Source of the DNA: Methanomassiliicoccaceae archaeon
GTDB taxonomy: Archaea; Thermoplasmatota; Thermoplasmata; Methanomassiliicoccales; UBA472
DNA length: 64,000 nt
Direction of reading: 5' to 3'
NCBI GenBank assembly: GCA_963827135.1
Contig: CAWGZX010000005.1
Location: 123,435 to 187,434 of the forward strand
Below are positions 58,330 to 64,000 of the stretch, piece by piece (position 1 is the stretch's first letter; every line of letters starts with the position of its first letter). The position numbers and the translations under genes were made by a program. The notes beneath the pieces are model-generated. The model did no database searches, had not been told where the DNA came from, and worked only from the letters and a program-made list of their open reading frames with translations.

Positions 58330-59750
58330 ACCATCTGCCTCAGGGTGGAGATTATCCTCTGGCTGGCCATATGCCGGAAGCATCTCTTCGTGATCTCGTT
58401 GCTCGAGAAGATCCCTTTCACGGCCTTGACCGGGGAGCTGTAGAAGTCCTTGTAGCAGGCGAGCAGCTCTGCCTGCACCTCGCTTCGCTTCAGAGACTCG
58501 GTGGGCATGATGGCGTGCGCCATGTCGTAATGGCTGAGGTTTTGGTCCTCGAGCCACCCGTTCCTCTGGGCTTCTTGAAATATCTCGGTCCCGGGGAGGG
58601 GCGTGAGCACGGTGAACACTACGATATGAGGATCCAGCTCCTTGGCGAAGTCCCTGAGCCCCTGGATAGAAGCATGATCGTCCTTCCTGGAACCAATGAT
58701 CATCATGGCCTGGGCGAAGATGTCGTTCCGCCTCAGGATGCGCACCGCCTCCATGGAGTCCTTCACGGTCTCGTCCTTCCTGAAGGCATCGAGCGTCTGG
58801 GGGTTGCCGTTCTCCACCCCTATGAGCTGCCAGTTGTTGCCCACCTTCCGCAGCTTGGCCACGGTCTCCGGGTTCTTGACGATCTCGTCGGTCCGGGACT
58901 GGAAGAACCAGTTCACCGAGTCTTGGAAGCCCCTCGCGCTCAGCTCTTTGACCAGATCCTCGCCCCGGCCTTGGTATTCGAAGTTGTCGTCGGTGAGCCA
59001 GATGAAGCCCGCACCTAGGTCGTCCCTAAGGTGCGCCATCTCCTCGGCGAGGCGGCGGGGGGACTTGCTGCGCCAAGTGCCGTTCCAATGGCGCCACTGC
59101 GTGCAGAAGGAGCAGCGGTGATGGCATCCCCTGGAGCCTTCGAGGATGAGATAGCGCTTCCTCCCAGCCATCATCGTGAAGTGGTACTTGCCAAGGTTCT
59201 TCTCCACCAGATGATAGGCGGGGAACGGGAGCGTGTCCAGGTCCGCGATGAGCTCGCGGGGCGGGGTGCGAACGATGTCGCCGCCTTTCCTGAAGCTGAG
59301 GCCTTTCACCTCGCCGAGGTCTCCTCCTCTTTGGATCGCTTTGATGAGCTCCACCAGTGTCCTCTCTCCCTCTCCCCTGACGATGATATCTATCTCCGGG
59401 AAGGAGGAGAGGCTCTCCGCGTCCATGAAGGAGAAGTGCTGGCCACCGAGCACGGTCACGATATCGGGATCGACCTTCTTCGCTGTCTCAGCCAGCCTCG
59501 CGCACACGTACGCATTGCATGTGAGCCCCGATGACGCCACGATGTTCGGCGAGTAGGAGGAGATGCAGCATTCCACATCCTTCCAGTCCTTGCTCTCCGC
59601 CTGACAGTCCAGGACGCTGACTTCCACGTCCTGCATCTCCTGCTCGACATACGCAGCCAGAGCAAGCAAGCCAGTGGGTGGTGGCAGGTACTCGCCCATG
59701 AGGAACCAGTAATTCTTCGGCGGTTCCACGAAGAGAAGTTTGGTCTTCAT
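58326..59750 (-). CDS. B12-binding-domain radical SAM enzyme (class B)
   Basis: N-terminal cobalamin-binding Rossmann-like domain, then CHHRCSFC. ATG 59750; the ORF-track GTG is at 59756. Confidence 0.85.
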   Translation of the reverse strand: MKTKLLFVEPPKNYWFLMGEYLPPPTGLLALAAYVEQEMQDVEVSVLDCQAESKDWKDVECCISSYSPNIVASSGLTCNAYVCARLAETAKKVDPDIVTVLGGQHFSFMDAESLSSFPEIDIIVRGEGERTLVELIKAIQRGGDLGEVKGLSFRKGGDIVRTPPRELIADLDTLPFPAYHLVEKNLGKYHFTMMAGRKRYLILEGSRGCHHRCSFCTQWRHWNGTWRSKSPRRLAEEMAHLRDDLGAGFIWLTDDNFEYQGRGEDLVKELSARGFQDSVNWFFQSRTDEIVKNPETVAKLRKVGNNWQLIGVENGNPQTLDAFRKDETVKDSMEAVRILRRNDIFAQAMMIIGSRKDDHASIQGLRDFAKELDPHIVVFTVLTPLPGTEIFQEAQRNGWLEDQNLSHYDMAHAIMPTESLKRSEVQAELLACYKDFYSSPVKAVKGIFSSNEITKRCFRHMASQRIISTLRQMV

Positions 59751-60024
59751 TCGCACCAGTGATTAACTGGCATCGGACGGTGATAAAGGTTGCCTGACCC
59801 GGGGAAGGTTTGTTTGCGGGCTAATTATTCGCCTCAGTGAGGTCAGACGGCCATCCTTGTGCTCAAGATGTTTGGCGCATTCCATACTAAACGAATATTT
59901 GTATTCATTATACTATATAAAATAAAAGGTACCGTTTGGAATCGGTTCGGTCAATTCGTCAAGCTCGGTATCTGGTGAACGCAACACATCGAGCCTTTTC
60001 GACCCGCAGGATAATAATAAAGAG

Positions 60025-60097
60025 TGCTCCCGTCGGGATTTGAACCCGAGTCGAAGCCTCGAGAGGGCTTCATGATTGGCCGCTACACTACGGGAGC
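60025..60097 (-). tRNA. tRNA-Glu (anticodon CTC)
   Basis: Hand-folded. Acceptor GCTCCCG/CGGGAGC, anticodon loop CTCTCGA, T-arm identical to tRNA-Asp. No encoded CCA. Confidence 0.88.
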
Positions 60098-60122
60098 GTG
60101 GTAAGGGCACAATAAAAACCCC

Positions 60123-60131
60123 TTTATTAAA
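60123..60131 (-). promoter_or_regulatory. TATA box for tRNA-Glu
   Basis: TTTAATAAA (minus strand) at -34..-26 from the mature 5' end. Confidence 0.4.
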
Positions 60132-60219
60132 CCTTTTTCTCCAGGAGGGGACCAAGCCGATTGCGGAACCTACGTTCACTAGGAAAGCATAATTACCGCC
60201 CCAGTGGACTGTGGTGACG

Positions 60220-60738
60220 ATGGCGATATCGATATTGAGGTATCGAAAGACGACGTTCTTCCCTACATTGGTGCTGCTATCGATCGCGCTCACCTTTCTC
60301 AACATATTCCTAGGGCTGACATTCTTCCAGGAGACGGAGGTCCTGATCTTCGCAATCCTAGCCTCCGTTGCGCTCCTACTGGTCCTAGGCATATCGCCAT
60401 TCCTCACTTACCATTCCCTCGATGACATGGACCTCCAGCTCAGGCAAGGCTGGTACTTCAAGGCGACTATCACTTTGACCAATATTGAGCGAGCCCAGGT
60501 CGTGGAGCGAGGTCCGATGCGCACAGGCATATTCTTCGAGGTGACTGGCAAGTCGCTCTATGTCACCACCCAAAGGAATGACCTGATCCTTCTTTCTCTC
60601 AAGAGCCCACAGAGATTCGGCTTCGCCTGGGGAAAGAGGGCTGACAAGGTCTACTTCGACACCCTGGATAAGAACCTGCTTCTGAGACGGTTGGCGGATA
60701 AGTTCCTCATTCCCTCCAATCAAGGCCAATCGTTCTGA
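60220..60738 (+). CDS. Membrane-anchored bacterial-PH (bPH_2/YdbS-like) domain protein
   Basis: Two TMs then an approx. 100-aa soluble domain. Start is ATG 60220 or GTG 60211. 3' end overlaps convergent nadE by 32 nt. Confidence 0.45.
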   Translation: MAISILRYRKTTFFPTLVLLSIALTFLNIFLGLTFFQETEVLIFAILASVALLLVLGISPFLTYHSLDDMDLQLRQGWYFKATITLTNIERAQVVERGPMRTGIFFEVTGKSLYVTTQRNDLILLSLKSPQRFGFAWGKRADKVYFDTLDKNLLLRRLADKFLIPSNQGQSF

Positions 60739-61507
60739 GGCCTATCTTGGGTATCAGAGGTGTCTTTCGCTTGTGCACGCTGGAACGATGCATGGCCCAC
60801 ACCTTCTCCACCTTCTCCAGGTCGATCTTGGTGCGCGAGGCTATGTCCTCGTTGGAAAGGTTGAGCTCGATCCCGACCAGAATCTGGTCCAGCTCCTCGT
60901 AGGTGATACCTATCTCCCCTTCGTCCGTCTGCCCCTCCCAAAGTCCCGCTGACGGCGCCTTCTCCAATATTGGGGCTGGGACGTCGAGCCTTCTAGCCAG
61001 CTCTCGCACCTCGGTCTTATAAAGGTCCCCCAGCGGACAGAAGTCCGCGCCCCCGTCGCCGAACTTGGTGAAGTACCCTATGAGCAGCTCGGACTTGTTG
61101 CTCGTGCCCATGACCACCCGGTCCAGCATCTTGGCGTGATGGAAGAGCGCGATCATCCGGAGGCGGGCGGTGGCATTGCCCATCAGCCTTTTGTCCTCGG
61201 AGCCCGGCAAAGCTTTCCTCGTCGCATCCCCCATGGCCGAGATGTCCACTACCTTGAGCTCCATGCCGAAGTGCCTACAGAAGGCCTCCACGACCTCTTT
61301 ATCGCCCGATGGTGTGGACCTCGAGGGAAGGAAGATGTTCAGCACCTTCTCAGGTCCGAGCGCCTTGGCACATAGGAGGGAGGTGACCGCGGAATCTATG
61401 CCTCCGCTCAGACCGATCACTACCCCCTTAGCCCTGCTCTCCCTTACCTTCTCGGAGATGAACTCCAATATCACTTCCTCGGTGAGATCGCGCAGTTGGG
61501 GGGCCAT
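60707..61507 (-). CDS. nadE: NH3-dependent NAD+ synthetase (no fused glutaminase domain)
   Basis: GVVIGLSGGIDSAV PP-loop. Start at M 61507 gives the usual approx. 25-aa lead-in; the upstream part of the ORF-track ORF is probably not coding. Confidence 0.88.
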   Translation of the reverse strand: MAPQLRDLTEEVILEFISEKVRESRAKGVVIGLSGGIDSAVTSLLCAKALGPEKVLNIFLPSRSTPSGDKEVVEAFCRHFGMELKVVDISAMGDATRKALPGSEDKRLMGNATARLRMIALFHHAKMLDRVVMGTSNKSELLIGYFTKFGDGGADFCPLGDLYKTEVRELARRLDVPAPILEKAPSAGLWEGQTDEGEIGITYEELDQILVGIELNLSNEDIASRTKIDLEKVEKVWAMHRSSVHKRKTPLIPKIGLRTIGLDWRE

Positions 61508-61552
61508 GGAGCGGTGTATGTTGCTGCCCTGACTTATCGTTTCCCGTGGCTT

Positions 61553-61562
61553 CATATATATG
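61553..61562. promoter_or_regulatory. Palindromic CATATATATG element, candidate bidirectional TATA box for nadE and the C-N hydrolase gene
   Basis: Centre is about 35 nt from ATG 61593 (+) and about 50 nt from ATG 61507 (-). Confidence 0.4.
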
Positions 61563-61592
61563 GCAGAGGTTAGCATCCTCGAGCGTGCCTGA

Positions 61593-62372
61593 ATGAGGGT
61601 GGCCATCGCGCAGACGCCTAACGAGCTCGGGGACAAGTTAGAGAATCTCAGGCGCATGGAAAAGTGCCTTGACGAGCAGGAGGCCGATGTCTACGTCTTC
61701 GGCGAGCTGTTCGTGACCGGGTACATGTGCCGGGACATGCTTCCCCGCTTGGCCGAGAACATGGACGGAAAGAGCCTTAGGCGCGTCCAGGCTATGGCCG
61801 AGGAGCGTTCCTGCTCCATCGTGTTCGGGATGCCGATCTGGAGCGACGAGGTCCCCGGTTTGCTGCACAACTGCGCCGTGGCCGTGGGGCCGGATGGCTC
61901 GATGCAGAAGTACGAGAAGGTGAACCTGGCCAACTTCGGACCGTTCGAGGAGAGGTTCTACTTCACCCCCGGACAGACCCCGGTCATGTTCGATATCCAG
62001 GGTACGCAGTTCGGGGTCTGCATCTGCTATGACGTATTCTTCCCGGAGCTGGTCAAGAGCTATGCAGTCCAAGGGGCGAAGGGACTGATCTGCATCTCCG
62101 CCTCGCCGTCCACCTCCAGGGAGCAGTTCGAGCGCGTCCTTCCAGCGAGGGCCACGGAGAACACCATGTACACGATCTACTCCAACCTGGTCGGGGCGCA
62201 GCTGAACATGATCTTCTTCGGCGGAGGGCAGGCTTACGGCCCCCGAGGAAACCTGCTGGTCCGCAGCCCGTACTTCAAGCACCATGTCAGCGTCATAGAG
62301 TACGACCCCAAGGAGATCGAGATCGCCAGAAGGATGAGGCCGACGCTTAGGGACACATTGGGTGGGAGCTGA
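61593..62372 (+). CDS. Carbon-nitrogen hydrolase (nitrilase superfamily)
   Basis: Glu-Lys-Cys triad contexts FGELF, KYEKVNL, GVCICYD. Confidence 0.88.
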   Translation: MRVAIAQTPNELGDKLENLRRMEKCLDEQEADVYVFGELFVTGYMCRDMLPRLAENMDGKSLRRVQAMAEERSCSIVFGMPIWSDEVPGLLHNCAVAVGPDGSMQKYEKVNLANFGPFEERFYFTPGQTPVMFDIQGTQFGVCICYDVFFPELVKSYAVQGAKGLICISASPSTSREQFERVLPARATENTMYTIYSNLVGAQLNMIFFGGGQAYGPRGNLLVRSPYFKHHVSVIEYDPKEIEIARRMRPTLRDTLGGS

Positions 62373-62398
62373 GGCTGCCTGGCCTTGGCTCAGGGCAA

Positions 62399-62407
62399 CT
62401 TTTAAGT
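62399..62407 (+). promoter_or_regulatory. TATA-like box for tRNA-Ser
   Basis: CTTTTAAGT centred about 31 nt upstream of the tRNA 5' end. Confidence 0.3.
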
Positions 62408-62433
62408 CTCATTAGGCGGTAGGGGCGAGAGAA

Positions 62434-62537
62434 GCCGAGGTGGCCCAGACCGGTAAGGCGCAAGCCTGGAAAACTTCTGGTGATTCCAGCAAGCTTGTGT
62501 CCGCAAGGACTCGGGAGTTCAAATCTCCCCCTCGGCG
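62434..62537 (+). tRNA. tRNA-Ser (anticodon GGA) with 20-nt intron at the canonical 37/38 position (62472-62491)
   Basis: Acceptor GCCGAGG/CCTCGGC. Anticodon stem CAAGC/GCTTG, loop CTGGAA|intron|A. Long variable arm GTCC-GCAA-GGAC. T-arm GGGAG-TTCAAAT-CTCCC. The intron's TTCCAG pairs with CTGGAA. Confidence 0.85.
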
Positions 62538-62637
62538 CTTTCTCTTTCCTTCGATCTGACAGCATTTCCCGCCCTGCCGTGTCATTGCGAGTGTTTTCTT
62601 ACCTAATAAGGATAATATTAACCTGTTAAGGATACAA

Positions 62638-62646
62638 TTATAAATA
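62638..62646 (+). promoter_or_regulatory. TATA box giving a leaderless transcript for the first Zn-ribbon miniprotein
   Basis: TTATAAATA centred 26 nt upstream of ATG 62668. Confidence 0.45.
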
Positions 62647-62667
62647 CCAGCTAGGTTCTTAGAACAA

Positions 62668-62937
62668 ATGGTGATCACTGTGCCTTGGAGCAGCTGGGAG
62701 ACGGTCAAGCCGAAACCTATGTGCGAGAGATGCGGCTGGCAGGGGGAGAAGAGGGACCTTATCTGCGAGGAGATCGAGCTCAAGGTGCCGGACGAGGTCT
62801 TCTCTGGCATCCATCATCTCTTTGGGACCACGCCTTCGCATTGCATCGAGTATCATTGCCCCATCTGCCAGGAGAGGCTGGCAAGTGACCTGAGGTTCCA
62901 CAAGCCCTTCTTCGATCAGGAGACCTTCGCAGACTGA
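62668..62937 (+). CDS. Small Zn-ribbon protein (paralog 1)
   Basis: CERCGW.G...DL ... HCPICQ. 89 aa; internal ATG at 62719. Confidence 0.55.
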   Translation: MVITVPWSSWETVKPKPMCERCGWQGEKRDLICEEIELKVPDEVFSGIHHLFGTTPSHCIEYHCPICQERLASDLRFHKPFFDQETFAD

Positions 62938-62995
62938 GGCGGCCGATGAAAGAAGGATTAAGCTTTATGCCGCCTTTAGTCGGACCTCGAAGCAG

Positions 62996-63190
62996 ATGAA
63001 ATGCTACAATTGCGGCTGGGAAGGAAAGGAGGAGGACCTGGTGGAAGGGCCGGGCAACCTCCAATTCTATGACTACGTGGTGGCGAACAGCATGAAGATA
63101 GACGTGGCCCGATCCGACCACCGATGCCCCAAGTGCGACACCACGTTGAAGAGCCATCGCTTGATCGGTGGCATGGTCTTCGACCAGTGA
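62996..63190 (+). CDS. Small Zn-ribbon protein (paralog 2)
   Basis: MKCYNCGWEGKEEDL ... RCPKCD. 64 aa. Both paralogs share the (F)FDQ motif near the C-terminus (it ends paralog 2; paralog 1 has five further residues). TATA-like GCTTTATG lies about 30 nt upstream. Confidence 0.55.
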   Translation: MKCYNCGWEGKEEDLVEGPGNLQFYDYVVANSMKIDVARSDHRCPKCDTTLKSHRLIGGMVFDQ

Positions 63191-63294
63191 TGCTCATTCT
63201 TGGGGCTAGAGCGATGGGAATAATTATGAAGTGACATATACGGAATCCTCGGGCTTGGCGAGGCTTGGCCCGCGCTTATCATGGGAGGAACGAG

Positions 63295-63792
63295 ATGCGA
63301 GTTCACGCCGACCTAAGGCTCAAGGACGTCCCGGGACAGCTGGTAAGGGCCTTAGAGCCGATTTCGACCAGCGAAGGGAACATCGTGGGAGTGGTGCACC
63401 ACCATGATGCGATGATCGGAGGGCGCATCACGGTCAACGTCACCTTCGAGGTCAAGTCGCAGAAGCAGCTGGAGCGCATCCTCTCCGATTGGAAGGAGAG
63501 GGACGTGGACGTCGCCCGCCTGTCCTCGATGTTCGAGACCTTCGAGTTCGAGTACCTCATCGTTGGCGACATCCCCCCCGCCGAGCTTCGGGAGCTCACG
63601 GACGGGATCGAGTCGGTCGAGGACCTGGACTCGGTCGACATACGATATTCCGTCTCGCCGGCGACGGGCGAGAAGGCGGCCATGATCTTCGGCAAGGTCA
63701 AGCAGAAGAGCGCCATCAGCAGGGTGGAGGACTTCCTGCGCCAGAGGTCGATGCAGGCCGGGTTCCTGTTGATCAGTGGACTGGGGGATTGA
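63295..63792 (+). CDS. ACT-domain protein (typical partner upstream of archaeal homoserine dehydrogenase)
   Basis: MRVHADLRLKDVPGQLVRALEPIS.. GGGAGG lies 6 nt upstream of ATG 63295. Confidence 0.7.
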   Translation: MRVHADLRLKDVPGQLVRALEPISTSEGNIVGVVHHHDAMIGGRITVNVTFEVKSQKQLERILSDWKERDVDVARLSSMFETFEFEYLIVGDIPPAELRELTDGIESVEDLDSVDIRYSVSPATGEKAAMIFGKVKQKSAISRVEDFLRQRSMQAGFLLISGLGD

Positions 63793-63794
63793 GA

Positions 63795-64000
63795 ATGGAC
63801 ATCGTCATCGTCGGATTCGGAACGGTCGGACAAGGAGTGGCCGAGGCGTTGTCCAGGAAGTCCCCGGCACTGCAATCCGCCTTCAAGGAGAAGGTCAGGG
63901 TGGTGGGGGTCTTCGACAGCAAGTCCTACGACCTCTCGCCCAAGGGCCTCGACCCTCGGGAGATAGCGGCGCGCAAGCAGAAGCTGGGGAAGGTGGGACC
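63795..64000 (+). CDS. hom: Homoserine dehydrogenase, N-terminal part (runs off right edge)
   Basis: MDIVIVGFGTVGQGVAEAL.. NAD(P)-binding GxGxxG. My own translation. Confidence 0.75.
   Translation, partial: MDIVIVGFGTVGQGVAEALSRKSPALQSAFKEKVRVVGVFDSKSYDLSPKGLDPREIAARKQKLGKVG

Noticed and set aside
59913-60407. 164-aa ORF across the tRNA-Glu locus. Likewise ORFs 62347-62565 and 62412-62810 lie across tRNA-Ser.
   Set aside because: They overlap well-folding tRNA genes and have implausible composition.
61508-61657. Longer nadE start (ORF-track 316-aa version, or ATG 61555).
   Set aside because: The extension would run through the shared TATATATA promoter element and into the divergent gene's start. 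M at 61507 gives the canonical NadE N-terminus.
62538-62720. tRNA-Ser 3' flank as an integration site of a mobile element.
   Set aside because: No integrase is present, I could find no repeat of the tRNA 3' end, and the downstream genes are housekeeping (ACT/hom).

Overview
GC-rich archaeal chromosomal core region. Archaeal hallmarks are Topo VI A/B, NAC, Sec61-beta, class I LysRS, a DRG GTPase, four-subunit POR, an intron-containing tRNA and TATA-box promoters, some with leaderless or short-leader starts. A Thermoplasmata/Methanomassiliicoccales-like lineage is only a guess. I found about 68 protein genes and 3 tRNAs, and no rRNA, CRISPR array, transposase or integrase. Content is mostly housekeeping: gatCAB, four aminoacyl-tRNA synthetases (Asp, His, Lys; AlaX editing), glnA, gdhA, porGDAB divergent from ppsA, top6BA, arcC, nadE, ppa and panD. 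The most unusual item is a tightly coupled five-gene operon (38660-45530) joining a NuoE/NuoF/NuoG-like (HydABC-type) module to an NfnA/NfnB-like module; it is a candidate electron-bifurcating complex with undefined substrates. Other candidates: (1) a B12-binding radical SAM enzyme translationally coupled to a Cys-rich DUF2085-like membrane protein; (2) a small radical SAM gene inside a BtuFCD-like ABC uptake operon; (3) a split NadE / C-N hydrolase divergent pair; (4) tandem Zn-ribbon miniproteins; (5) PPK2 next to tandem VIT-like paralogs. Six conserved genes in the first 31 kb (gatB, aspS, alaX, two radical SAM genes, drg) carry single-nucleotide frame breaks, and rnhA has no canonical start codon. 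Assembly indels are the most likely cause, but this needs read-level checking. All calls rest on my reading of motifs in the ORF translations and the DNA; no database search was run. CDS coordinates include the stop codon.
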